Part shown: one piece after another, positions 39,806 to 53,359 of the stretch | Layout of the letters: the number at the start of each line of letters is the position of its first letter | Numbering within the stretch: the first letter of the stretch is position 1 | Source: Heptranchias perlo | Taxonomy: Eukaryota | Length of the DNA: 64,000 bases | NCBI RefSeq assembly: GCF_035084215.1 | Contig: NC_090338.1 | Span: forward strand, 8,866,001-8,930,000 | Direction: 5' to 3' | The notes under the pieces: generated by a model | Seen by the model: the letters and a program-made list of their open reading frames with translations, nothing else | The model's database searches: none | Told to the model about the DNA's origin: nothing | Translations under genes and position numbers: made by a program

Positions 39806-41386
39806 TCCTGTTGAAAAGGAATGTCAACCAGGCACTTATGCTACTTTGAATACTTTTAACGTGAAGCTTCTCCGTGTACTTGTCTCCTGTAGCAAGTAAT
39901 CATTCTTTCAGCTGTTGTAGTTCCACCAGTTCTTCTTCCTCCAAGTGTTTCCTGTCTTGAGTGTATAACCTTATTTGGTGCAACGTAAAGGCTGCTTGAA
40001 GAAGAAGGCGTGCTGCATCTGTGCCCGAATAGCCAAGAAGACCTGGCAGCATTCTTAAGATTGGTTGGGAATGTCGTTGCAATTCTTTGAAGAACCGATG
40101 CGTGCAAAGTTAGCAGTCACTTAGAACTATGATTATTACGGTTGCTTTATTGTTGTTAGCATCCGTGCCATCATCAGTTATAATATCACGCAGCGAACGG
40201 GTAGGCAGTATCTGAGTTGCATTGGCAGCTACGAATTGTTTAGTAATAGCAACAACTCCAGAAGCCGATAATTAGCCATTTGGTTCCTTCAAATGCTATC
40301 TTTCCTGAAGAGATAGCTCTGATTTCTGTCTGCTATTTTCACTTTTGCTCAAATCTTGAGGATTTTGGCAAACAACTTCGTTCGATACTGCTTTCTGTTC
40401 TACCACTTTGGATAACATCAAGTTTTTCTCCATCGTCCGTTTCCGATCTCCAGCTCGCTTGAATGTAGTAAAACATCTGGCGTCCCATCTATTGCTGTTG
40501 AACTTGCATATATAAATCTGAAATTTCCCCTTTCCGATACAATCGCTTCGATTCCCAGTGCAGCTTTCACCCTGATGGGAAATTTTGCCAGGTTCAAACA
40601 ATATACTTCCTACCCTTTCAAATGTTTTCCACATCTTAAACATCAGAATTTATGAAAGCTGCTGTCTAATATCAAATTATCCACTATCTTAAATAGGCTA
40701 GTCTAATTTGTGGACCCCAACTGAATTTAGGGCACTGATTATCTTCCTATCTAACCCACACACCTCTGTAGCTCTTCAATATTTTGGTGATCCATTTACT
40801 ATACCCTCTAACATCGTCAAGGCTTTCGTCTGGCTTTGTATATTCTTGCACATGTTCCCATTTTATGATATCTAACCAAAGATTCGTTTCCTCTTCAGAT
40901 ACTGTATCTGTGTTGCAGTTAATGCTGCTTTTTCTGAGCCGTTTCCATCAGCTCAAGAATTCCACTGGTATCCTTTACTTCACCCATTTCTTTTTACTCA
41001 GTAATAACTTCACTAGATCATCAAATGAAACTCTACAGTATTTTGATGATGATCTGACTACGTAAATTAATCTTCAATCATTTAAATTCCCTCAATGCAC
41101 AAATGTATTTCTCTAATAGGGCAATTTCCGAAATTTAACCTGAGTTAAATTGTCCTGTAATTGCTGTAATATTGACAATCTCGTTTAATTCCGTTTTGGA
41201 AGACGCAGTTCCTGATTTTCTAGCCAGACCACCCAACAGGTACGACTTTTTCCGGCTTTAATGTTAGTTGTTGATCTAATGGAATTTGTTACCGTTGACT
41301 TGGACATCAAATAAAACTCTTATATCTCTACCATCGGTAAAGTCGCCTTGAAAACCTCAATTTCCTCTTTTGTTTATAACATGTTA

Positions 41387-42105
41387 ACAAAGAGATCTAG
41401 GAGTACAGATTCATAGCTCCTTGAAAGTGGAGTCACAGGTGGATAGGGTGGTGAAGAAGGCATTCAGCATGCTTGGTTTCATTGGTCAGAACATTGAATG
41501 CAGGAGTTGGGATGTCTTGTTGAAGTTGTACAGGGCATTGGTGAGGCCACACTTGGAGTACTGTGTACAGTTCTGGTCACCCTATTATAGAAAGGATATT
41601 ATTAAACTAGAAAGAGTGCAGAAAAGATTTACTAGGATGCTACCGGGACTTGATGGTTTGACTTACAGGGAGAGGTTAGACAGACTGGGACTTTATTCCC
41701 TGGAGAGTAGGAGGTTAAGAGGTGATCTTATAGAAGTCTATAAAATAATGAGGGGCATAGATAAGGTCGATAGTCAAAATCTTTTCCCAAAGGTAGGGGA
41801 GTCTATAACGAGGGGGCACAGATTTAAGGTGCGAGGGGAGAGATACAAAAGGATCCAGAGGGGCAATTTTTTCACTCAAAGGGTGGTGAGTGTCTGGAAC
41901 GAGCTGCCAGAGGCAGTAGTAGAGGCGGGTACAATTTTGTCTTTTAAAAAGCATTTGGACAGTTACATGGGGAAGATGGGTATCGAGGGATATGGGCCAA
42001 GTGCAGGCAATTGGGACTAGCTTAGTGGTATAAACTGGGCGACATGGACATGTTGGGCCGAAGGGCCTGTTTCCATGTTGTAACTTCTATGATTCTATGA
42101 TTCTT
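41387..42105 (+). mobile_element. Young 5'-truncated CR1 (HER1-like) LINE
   Basis: Stop-free 199-codon ORF2 C-terminus (LYRALVRPHLEYCVQFWSP, LERVQKRFTRM, RLRGDLIEVYKIM) and a (TTCTATGA)n tail. Confidence 0.92.
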
Positions 42106-42959
42106 CTATGTATTTTATCTTCAAATTGTTTAACCTCCTTTAAAACACATCCTGTCCAGGTCTTGAATATTGTTCGTCTATCTAGGCCATCTCTTCTACA
42201 ACCTCTCTCACTCCTTGGCAGGTTATAAAAAATACGTAATTTCGACAATTTAACTCAGGTTAAATTAGATACCTGCTGCCTTCGGACATATCCAATTGTC
42301 ATGCATGGTGAAAAATCTTGCGCACGAGAGGCTTTGCTTGCCTTTTTGGTTATGGATCTGTGTGGGTGAAATATGAAGCTTTTGCTTTCCTTTTTATGCC
42401 TCCAGATCAGTTGTCTGTACCTATATTCAATTATTGTACCCAGCCTCACAATTTATACCTAGCGTTCATACTTCATAACGCTGGTTTCATATGCTTTAGA
42501 GGTACATTGTTATACGATATAGCTTGATAGATGTATGAGTCAATTTTACGTTAGTCATGGCTTTTTTTTGCAACCCCTCCAAATGATGATTCTGATTATG
42601 CAGGGGTGACTGGAAAACCTAGTCTACGACGTGGAAATTGGATGTTTAGAACATCATGGTAGCTTGCACATTGTGTTATGTGTTGCTTGCATCCTTAAAC
42701 AATGTTGACGACAAATGTTTCGGATATAACTATACATAAATCGTGGAACTGCAGCAGCTGAAAGCTATAACTAGCTGGTCGAGCATGCGAATACACACAT
42801 ATCTCCAGGGTTTAGGGCCTAACAGATACTGCTGAAACACAGCATTTCGATCTAGTTGAACTAAGAGTCGATGTTGTGTAGTGGCTATTCTATGATCAGG
42901 ACGAAGGCGTCAAAGACGTTCTGCTGGTGAAGAGCTTCTGATACATATTGCTCAAATAA

Positions 42960-45485
42960 CGATGGCTAAAACGCACGTTCATCAGTTTTCCAATGACTAT
43001 AATATAGTGGCAATAACAGAGACCTGGCTCAACGAAGGGGAAAATTGGGTACTTAATATTCCTGGCTGCAAAGTATTCATGAAATATAGTGAAGGAAAGA
43101 AAGGAGGGGCGGGGGCGTTGGCAGTATTGATCAAATAAACTATTATAGCACTGGAAATGGATGATGTAGTTGAGGAGTCAAAGACAGAATCTATTTGGTT
43201 AGAATTAAGGAAAAATAGAGGAGCTATTATGCTACTGGGTGTACACTATAGGCCAAAATTAGTGGGAAGGAGATAGAGGAGAAATTTACAGGCAAATTAC
43301 AGAAAGGTGCAAGAACTATAGAGTAGTGATAATGGGGGACTACAATTATCCCAATATAGACTGGTACACTAACAGTGCAAAGGGCAAAGAGGGGGAGGAA
43401 TGCCTGAAAAGTGTTCAAGAGAACTTTCTGGAACAGTATATTTCCAGTGAAACAGGAAGGAAGCAGTGCTGGATCTAGTTCTGGGGAATGAAATGGGGCA
43501 GGTGGACCATGTTTCAGTAGCAGAGATTTGGGGGACAGTGATCATAATATCATTAGGTTTAGAATAGTTATGGAAAAGAACAAGGAAAAATCAAATGTGA
43601 AAATGTTTAACTGGAGGAGGACACATTTCAGTGAGTTAAAAAGGGATCTTGCCCAGTTGGATTGGAATCAAAAATTGCTCAGCCAAACAATAATTGAACA
43701 ATGGGAGGACTTCAAGGAAGAGTTGGTTCAGGTACAGAGTAGACGCATCCCTATGAGGGGGGGGGGGAGGAATGGCATCCAAAACTAGAACTCCCTGGAT
43801 GACAAAAGATATAGAGATTAAAATGAAACAGAAAAATGAGGCTTATGACGAATGTAAGGTTCATAATAGAAAAGAGAACCAGGATGAATGCAGACAGTAC
43901 AGAGGAGATCTAAAAGGGGGATTAAGGGGGGCAAAGAGACTGGATAAGAATAGATTAGTGGCTAACATAAAAGGGAACATAAAAGTCTTTTATAAACATA
44001 TAAATATTAAAATGGTAATCAAAGGAAGGGTGGGATCGATTCAGGACAAAAAAAGGTGATCTTCTTGTGGAGGCAGAGATCTCGGCTGAGGTACTAAATT
44101 AATACTTCACAACCTTTATCACCAGAGAAGAGGATGCTGACATCATAGCAATAAAGGAGGAGATAGTAGCGATGTTGGATAGGACAAAAATAGATAAACA
44201 GGAGGTATTTAAATGATTGGCAGTACTCAAAGTAGAAAAGTCACCCGGTTCAAATGGGATGCATCCTAGGTTACTGAAGGAAGTAAGGGTGGAAATTGTA
44301 AAATTGCAGCAGCTCTGGCCACAATCTACCAATCCTCCTTAGATATGGGAATGGTACTGGAGGAATGGAGGATTGGAAATCTTTCACTGCTGTTTAAAAG
44401 GGGGAGAGGGATAAACCCGGCAATTACAAGCCAATCAGCTTAACATCGATGGTATGGAAACTTTTAGAGACAATAATCCAGGACAAAATTAATTGGTACT
44501 TGGAAAAGTAAGGGCTAATAGATGAAAGTCAGCACTTATTTGTTAAAGGAAAATCGTATTTGACTAACTTGATTGAGTTATTTGATGAAGTAATGGAGAG
44601 GGTTGATGAGGGTAATGTGGTTGATGTTTTGTATATGGACTTTGAAAAGGCATTTGATGAAGTACCACGTAATAGACTTGTTAGAACAATTAATGCCCAT
44701 GGGATTAAAGAGATTGTGGCAGCGTGGATACAAATTTGGCTAGGGGACAGAAAGCTGAGTGTAGTGGTGAACAGTTGTCTTTCAGACTGGAGAGAAGTAT
44801 ATAGCGGTGTTCTCCAGGGGTCAGTATTAGGACCACTGCTCTTTTTGATATATATTAATGACCTGGACTTGTATACAGAGGGTATAATTTCAAATGCAGA
44901 TGATATGAAACTTGGAAAAGTAGTAAACAATTTGGAGGATAGTAACAGACTTCAGGAGGACATGGACAGATGGTGAAATGGGCATACACATGGCAGGTGA
45001 AATTTAATGCAGAGAAGTGTGAATTGATACTTTTTGGTTGGAAGAATCAGGAGAGGCAATATAAACTAAATTTTACAATTTTAAACATGGTGCAGGAACA
45101 GGAAGACCCGGGGGTGCATATACACAAATCATTGAAGGTGGCAGGACAACTTGAGATAGCAGTTAAAAAAACATATGGGACCCTGCGTTTTATTAATAGT
45201 AGCAGATGGGTCGGTCACCAGAGGACACGGATTTAAGGTGAACGGCAAAAGAATCAGAGGCGATATGAGGAAACATGGGTTGCTGAAACAGATTCAATAA
45301 TAACTTTCAAAGGGGAATTAGATAAATACTTGAAGGAGAAAGAATTACAGGCCTATGGGGAAAGAACAGGAGAATGGGACTAATTGGATAGCTCTTTCAA
45401 AGAGCCGGCACAGGCAGGATGGCTGAATGGCCTCCTACTATGCTGTACCTACTATGATGAATATTAGTAATGTGATACTATGATA
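42960..45485 (+). mobile_element. Long decayed CR1 LINE ORF2 (APE endonuclease and RT) with 3' tail
   Basis: ITETWL, GVHYRP, MGDYN, LDLVL and SDHN (endonuclease). YMDFEKAFD, GVLQGSVLGPLLF and ADD (RT). Many frameshifts. Confidence 0.92.
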
Positions 45486-48151
45486 AGTGACTATCATTCT
45501 TGGGAAGTTTGTCTAGTCTTTTTGGCGTCAATGTGACTCCACGCTGGCAATTTTGTTGATCCAAGTAAACCTGCTTTAGCAGCCTTTGTAATCTAATATC
45601 TGATACACGCAAGTCCACAGATGTTCAGGGCACTCTTGACTATTAAGCAGCCAGCCTGGTTAACTAATGCATCCTGGATAGGTAATCTTGTTACTGCAGG
45701 CTCGGATTATTTCCACTCAGCTCCCTATAACCCTAAAAGCCATTGTTTCTGTGGGTAGGGTGGTCGTGGATGGACAAGTTGTGGGCAACAGATCAATAAT
45801 CTGTGTTAGTTTCCCACGCGACCTTACTTGATCAAGCTCAGTGCTGGTGCATTTAATTGGGAGCCGCAAATCCGTGGCTTTTGCCAACTAATGCCTAAGC
45901 TTTCTGGACACAAATAAATGAGAAGTGCCCCTACAGAAGAGACTGTATATTCCATATGGGAAAAACAGAGTATCCACCTGTCAGGATTTCTCAGTAGCTC
46001 AGATTTCACACTCTTAAATGTGGGTTCCGTATATGCACGTGGCAAATATCTACCTCACCAAAGAGAATGAAATGTTGTTCTCTCCACATCCACCAATTTC
46101 TCCTATTTATTAACTGGCGGCTTTCTTTGAAAGTTACCCGGATCTATAAATTCTAAACCCACAGACGCAGATACCGAGTTATCAGAAAAACTCAAGATGA
46201 GAATATAGTTTGGGATGAGGAAGCCTCGTCACCCGGTTTGATTTTGTCCGTTGAGAATTCCATTCATACCATTTCTCTATTGTAGCATTTATTTATTCCT
46301 TAAATGAGCAACGTGTCAAGCATTCTGCCTACCAACATCTTCAGCTGCTGATCACCCCCTGTGTAAATACACATTTCGTAATATCTACCCTAATATGCAT
46401 GCACAAACCCGAAGCTGTGCGTTCTTGTTCTGCTGCCGTGATGAATCTGAAAATATTGTTCCAATTTTAGAGGGGCATTATCAGCTAAACATCATAATCA
46501 TGTTCGAGATTGAAGAAAACCCATTACCAATGTGATTGGGAGATCTACTGCTCTCCCATGGCATTACACATCGTACGTCAGATGATATACTGCATAAAAT
46601 GCCCATATTATACTATGTCATCCTGATTGTATAATTGTGCTACTAGGATGAAGCTATGACCCTTAAGGATAAAGTGCTTAATTGTTGGTAAGTAAAAACT
46701 AGGTAAGATCAAGAGTTCAATTCCTCTTAAGGCTGCAGGACACGACTCTGACTTTCATTCTTTTGTAAAGTACTTTTGAGAATATCAAACAGAAATTATA
46801 GACACAATAGTTTCTATTTCCGAAGACCAGTTTTGCTTTTCAGTTTGACTGCAAAAGTCACTCAGAGGATACAAATAATCTGGTACCTGTGTCAAATTAC
46901 TCTTTTTGTTCATAGCGTTTCCTTGAAGAATACTACAGAGATTTGAGTGTAACCCATGAAATGTCTTAAACAACTGTCACTGACCAGAAACGAGAAGTGT
47001 AATGGACAGAAAATGAATGGGTGTTATATTTCAGGGACAGAAAAAGAAAGACAGAGATAGGGAGGTTTGCATTAAGGCATCTCCTTCAACAAGTTACAGG
47101 ATATTCTTTCCTTGTCGTCTTGTGTTGCTTTTTCTCACTCTCTCAATATTGTCCTTTTTTCTCTGTCCGCATTTTTTTCTACCTCGCGTTGTCTTCTTTT
47201 TTGATTATCCATTTATCTTCTTCGCTCTTTTTTTGGCTTCTATCTCTTTATTTTCTTTTGCCTTTTCCCTCTTCATTTGCCAGGGGAGGTGTGGGCATTT
47301 GAAGAACCAAACACCAGTCAGTGGGCAGTAATTGTGGAAGCAATCTGCCAGAGCTACAGACCAGAAGGTGGTTTTCAAGCAGCAAGTGGCAGTTGGGAAG
47401 TCGGAGGACTTATTAAACCCAGAGGCCTCAGTTTGGAGTGACGCGTGCGGGCACCATTCGAAAGGGGATACCTATGGCAAAGGAAACTGAACGACAATTA
47501 GGATAGAGGGGTATTGGGCCCACAGATTACATTTCGCAGTGCGGCTGTGGACTGCCGGTCGGGCTAGGAATGGGCCGAGGACAGCACCTCATCATACCAG
47601 AGGGAGCAATGCAACGTGAAGAGACTGATACTATGGGACATAGCAGCGCAGCGCTACCACACTTGGAGATGCAAATTTAGACAGGTAAGAAGACTGAAAG
47701 GCAAGTACAATGCAAGTACATGGAAATTAAAACTCACCAGATTAAACCTAATCGAAGGTATGACATCCAGGAGTGGTGGAAATGGTGTGATATGACATTC
47801 CTGTAAATACAGGAAGTGTCTGTTATACCTAAAAAACGTATATAATGTAGAATTGTTTCTGTTTTCCTCGAAAGTATTTAGACCAAGAGCAAAGTACAGC
47901 TTGAAAAACTGTACTAGCTGGCAAGAACAAGGCATTTTGGATGGGTGCAAAAATAATTTGCATGATATCAACAATAGATGCTGCAAATCTACTTTGAAGT
48001 TATTTACTTGCCGTCACTGAGGTAAGTATTAAAATAGTATCCACGCCGTTGCTAGATTTTTTTTAATGCTAGGTGCATTCTGAAATTCCTTTAATAATGT
48101 CCAGAAAGTTGAGACTTTCACAATGTATGTGAAGTCTAGCTTTAATATGAC

Positions 48152-48255
48152 CTCAGTGTAGTTATAGTCAAAGACTCTTTGTGTCGCTGTCTACCAATAA
48201 GGGAAAGAAATTTAGCGAGAGATCCACCACCCATCCCCCAACACCAAGGGGCGAA
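48152..48255 (+). promoter_or_regulatory. cPcdh promoter 4 (CSE, CGCT at 48185)
   Basis: CTCAGTGTAGTTATAG...AGACTCTTTGTGTCGCTGTCTACCAAT...GATCCACCACCCATCCCCC. Confidence 0.9.
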
Positions 48256-48423
48256 AGCAGGCAGATTATTGACGTTCAAATGAACGCACCGAGCTATCTC
48301 CTGAGAAGGTATCCTTGCTTTTCAACCTACCTCCTGCATTATATGACTTACTTGAGATGGAATGATTGATATTAACGGACAGAAGAAATAATGAGGGTCG
48401 AAAAACACATTCCTGCAAAGGAA

Positions 48424-50910
48424 ATGACACATGCAGACGGGCTCTTTTTGTTGAGAAAGAAAGCGGTACCGTCCATTTTGCTGCTGTGTGCCTGGAATCT
48501 GGTTTCCGGGCAGACTCGTTACTCCATTCCAGAAGAATTGGAACACGGTGCCTTGGTAGGGAAAATCGCAAAAGATTTGGAATTAAATTTAGAGGAACTA
48601 TCAGCTCGTAGATTCAGGATCGTTTCACAAGCACCAATGCAATATTTCGATATAAATCTCCAGAATGGATTCTTATTTGTGAATAAAAGAATAGACAGAG
48701 AAGCGCTCTGTGGACAGAGTCTTACCTGTTTACTGCCTTTGGAATTGGAAATTGAAAATCCTGTGGAACAGTATCGAGCAGAGGTCGAGATTTTGGATAT
48801 AAACGATAATTCTCCCAATTTCTCGAACAGAGAAATCCGTTTGGAAATTGCGGAGTCGGCGACACCTGGAACCCGATTTACTTTACAGGCCGCGCAGGAT
48901 CCTGACGTAGGAAACAATTCTATACGAATTTACCGGCTCACGTCAAATGAACACTTCGTTTTACATGTACAGACACTTGGAAAATGGAAAATACCCGAAT
49001 TGGTGGTGAAACAGTCTCTCGACCGAGAAAAACAATCGTCGCACCGTTTATTGCTCACTGCTGTTGACGGTGGGATACCCGAGAGGTCAGGTACTGCTCA
49101 GTTAACTATCATTGTCTCGGACACGAATGACAATGCACCGGTTTTCCAACAGTCCTTGTACACTGCTAGTTTAATGGAAGATGCCACACCTGGTACTTTG
49201 GTGATTAAACTTAACGCGACTGATTTGGATGATGGGTCCAATGGTGACATCGTTTATTCTTTAGGTAGCTACAATGAGGAAAGAATACCTGAAGTGTTTA
49301 GAATTAATCCGAAGTCCGGAGAGATCAGGGTAAAGGAAATATTGGATTTTGAAGAAAAAAGTGTTTATGAAATTCACGTGGAAGCGAAGGACAGGGGGGC
49401 ACAGTCATTATCCGCACACTGTATTGTTCGGGTAGATATCAAGGATGTTAATGACAATGCGCCAGAATTGATTCTAAAATCAGTATCCACTACAATCAGT
49501 GAGGACGCTCCTACTGGGACATTGGTAGCTTTGGTCAGTGTTACAGATCGGGACTCAAATGAAAACGAACGTACTGATTGTTATATCTCCCCACACGTCC
49601 CCTTCGATCTGAAACCCACCTTTAGGAATTCATATAGATTGATCATAAGTGGTCTACTTGATCGGGAAAGTGCCTCTGAATACGCGGTAACTGTAACATG
49701 TAAAGACCAGGGAAGCCCTCCACTATCCACCAACAAAACGATTGTTGTGCATATTTCAGATATAAATGACAACGCGCCACGCTTTACACAGTCTTCATAC
49801 ACAGTCTACGTGACCGAGAACAATTCACCTGGTAATTCCATTGGATCAGTGACAGCGTTTGATCCAGACACGGAACATAATTCCCAACTCTCTTACACAA
49901 TTCTGGAAAGCAATGTTCAGGGAGATCCAGTGTCCTCATATGTTTCTATCAATTCAGAAAATGGCATCATCTATTCGAAGCGGTCATTTGATTACGAGCA
50001 GCTTAAAAGTTTTAAGATCCGAGTTCAAGCTCAAGATGCGGGGTTCCCATTGCTTTCCGGGAACGTAACTGTAAATGTGATTATCCTCGATCAGAATGAC
50101 AACGCTCCTGTAATGATATCACCTAGATTAGCGGACTACAACAAGACAACTGTGCCTCGATCTGCAGATCCAGGATTTTTGGTAACGAAAATAATTGCTT
50201 CGGATGCTGATTCTGGTCAGAATGCACGGATTTCCTATCAACTCGTTCAAGCCACTGACCCGGGTCTTTTTACAGTTTCACGTAGTTCAGGCGAAATAAG
50301 AAGCTTTCGCCGATTTAAAGATGGTGACGCCACCACACAAAGAATAGTCATCCAGGTAAAGGACAATGGACACCCGCCTCTCTCTACCACTACCACGGTT
50401 ACGCTCACAATAATTGAACAGAGTGCAGAAATTCGGTCAGAGGTTGGCGATCTTCACTCAGATTTACAACACTCTTCCGATTTGGCATTTTATATAATAA
50501 TTTCTTTGGGAATAATATCGTTATTACTTCTTGTTATTATAATTGGCCTTGTCATTGCCATTTGCCCAACCGATCGACATTTTGGTCACACTGGGCGATG
50601 CTTTCTTGCCAATTCTTGCTGTGTCAGAGAGATGGACTCCAAACCTAGAATGCATAATTCGCATGTCAACCTTCAGATTGTGCCAGACTCCAATTTAATT
50701 ACGAACTTCCTTGAGGTTCGAGGGAACGGATCCCTTTCAGAAACATACCGTTATAAAGTACGTTCAGCACCAGAGGCAGCCAAAATGGAATTGATGTATT
50801 TCGCTCCAGTCAGTCCAACAACTTCTGGAACGTTTAGGAAGAATATCAGAACATGTGCGTCAGAACAGAATGCAGACATAAGGAGCAACTGGCCATATAT
50901 ATCCAGCGAA
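48424..50910 (+). CDS. Clustered protocadherin variable exon 4 (alpha-C2-like)
   Basis: Same architecture. Alternative in-frame ATG at 48391. Donor GAA|GTGAGT at 50910, phase 0. Confidence 0.95.
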
Positions 50911-50934
50911 GTGAGTATTATAATTTAATCAAAG

Positions 50935-51047
50935 AAAACAAAAAAAGTTGGAAACGCACAGCGTGTGGACCAACATCTGTAAGAGTCAGGTAGCTTATTT
51001 TGCAAGTGCTAATCCACCAGTTTTTCATTTCCAACATTTTCTGTTTT
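50935..51047. repeat. PLE-derived inverted repeat downstream of donor 4
   Basis: Arms 50935-50956 and 51026-51047 are complementary at 19 of 22 positions. Confidence 0.75.
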
Positions 51048-52154
51048 TGTTCCAGGTTCGCTTCTACATACCGGCGAGCGCCATTATACTCGCTGTTATT
51101 TTGGCAACAAAATATTGGTCATTATGTCTGCTCGTTAACCAGTTTTAGGTATTTTAATTTTTGGTGAAGTACCAAATCTAATACACTGACGTTGCTTCAT
51201 TTGCTAAGGGGTGATTGTAATGTAAAACAGAGCCCAGGGAAACATGAGGTAGCAGATTTTAAAATGGTGATAGCGTATAAACGGCCCATGACATTAATCC
51301 TTAGGAATTGTTTAGAGTTGCATTGTCATTGCGCACGTTCACTGTATCCGAAAAGTACTTTGTCAGATTTTAGATTGCTTAGTACTGACAAAGTCGAGAT
51401 ATTGTCAGTACTAAGCAATCTAAAAAGCAATCATGCTGAATTTTCATTAGTATCCATATCTACCTATAAAACTAAATCTGAAAACATGGATATGAATTCG
51501 CATTTCTCCACTATGATCGCGGTTGTTGGTGACCCGCAGTGTGCATCATTAACCGTAAGGACCAATTTTGCCTGATTGGTCTCTGATTCAGTGGAAACAA
51601 ATGTTAGAAAGCATAATCCACTACAGTCTTGCTACGCATTCAACAGATGCTCCCTCTGGACAATCACTGAAGTTGTCTCTGGAATCTTCGGTGAATCCTT
51701 TTTTTTCCAATTTGCTGTCTGCCCAAAAGAGAACGTTAACACTTTCGGCTCGCTATTTTCTTCTTTCTCTAATGTTGATGATGTTCCTTGCTGAATTGCT
51801 CCACGAGGTTCCATCCACATTAACTTTATCCACGACGTTTCTGTCAGACTCTTCACTCCCTGGAATCCACAACCCTTATTTCTTTTGTCACGATTTTTTT
51901 GTAAGGCTTTGGCGTAAACATTCACCATTGTAAATTCTTATTTCAACATTCAATATTTAATTTTGCTATGTCAACTGTCCTAATGTTCCATCGCTATCTT
52001 GTAAAAATATCATACATTCATCAACTAGCCATGGGCCAAGCAATGTGCAATTTACTAGTGTGCTCTAAAACCAAAGCATGTGGCACTTAATCAGGATTTC
52101 TTAATTAATCAAACCCTTCACTTATTTTTTTTTCAACTGCTGGAGGTATATTCA

Positions 52155-52640
52155 AGTTCACTAGATTAATTCCTAGGATTAGAGGGTTGAACTATGAGGA
52201 GAGGTTGAGTAGAATGGGCCTATACTCTCTGGAGTTTAGAAGAATGAGAGGTGATCTCATTGAAACATATAAAATTCTGGGGGGTGGGTGGGGAGGTGCT
52301 TGGCAGGGTAAAGGCTGAGAGGTTGTTTACCATGGCTGGAGAGTCTGGAACTAGAGGGCATATTCACAGAATAATGAGTCGGCCATTTAAAACTGAGATG
52401 ATGAGGCATTTCTTCACTCAGAGGGTTGTGAATCTTTGGAATTGTCTACCCCAGAGGGTCGTGGATGCTGATTCGTTGAGTATATTCAAGGCTGAGATAG
52501 ATACATTTTTGGATTCTAGGGGAATCAAGTGATATGGGGATGGGGCAGGAAAGTGGAGTTGAGGTAGAAGATCAGCCATGATCTGATTGAATGACAGAGC
52601 TGGCTCGAGGGCCTGCTCCTATTTCTTATGTTTTTATGTT
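52155..52640 (+). mobile_element. CR1 LINE 3' fragment
   Basis: FFTQRVVNLWNCLPQRVVDA...FKAEIDTFL, then a 3' tail. Confidence 0.85.
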
Positions 52641-53359
52641 CCCACACTTTAGACATTGACCCACCATCTGGGCTTCTCAGTAGAAGAAATAGGAATATTG
52701 TTGTAAAAACATAAGACCGAACTTTATTTCATACTATATTGTTTACTGTAGTTTTGATAATGTTATTACTTTATTTTTAGAAACTAACTCGTTTCTTCAG
52801 TTAATTATTCCTCAGGGTTGTATTATTCAGTATTGTTGATTAAGTACCTAAGACAGTTATAATTACGAATGATGCCTATGTATCTAGATATAAAGGGAAC
52901 TTGAACTTACCAACGAAGGATTGGAAGACCATAATAGGAGCACAGGAAAGAAAGCAAGTTTCGTTATGTGATAAGGTACTATTACTTGATCTGGGTGATC
53001 GAGGAATCTACAAAGGAGAGATAAATTAAACTTAATAAGATATATTAAGTAGGCGCTGTTGGAGAAAATTACAAGTGAGTCAGTACCTTGGAAGTGGTGA
53101 CCACAACATGGTAAAGCTTCGGATCATTTATGCTAGAGAAGGAGTGGAGTGCAATACAAACTCAATTTTCAGAACACGAATTTTAGAGGAAATCGGAGTA
53201 AAGGAGGGTGGACTAGATTTGAGATTAGAAGGAAGGATACAGAGTAACAGTTAAGCATTTGTGGATACACTGCTGTGAGTACAAATTAACTTATATTACA
53301 TTCAGAAAGAAATACAGTAGCAAAAGGGAGACTACATCTCTGGCAATGGAATTTACACA

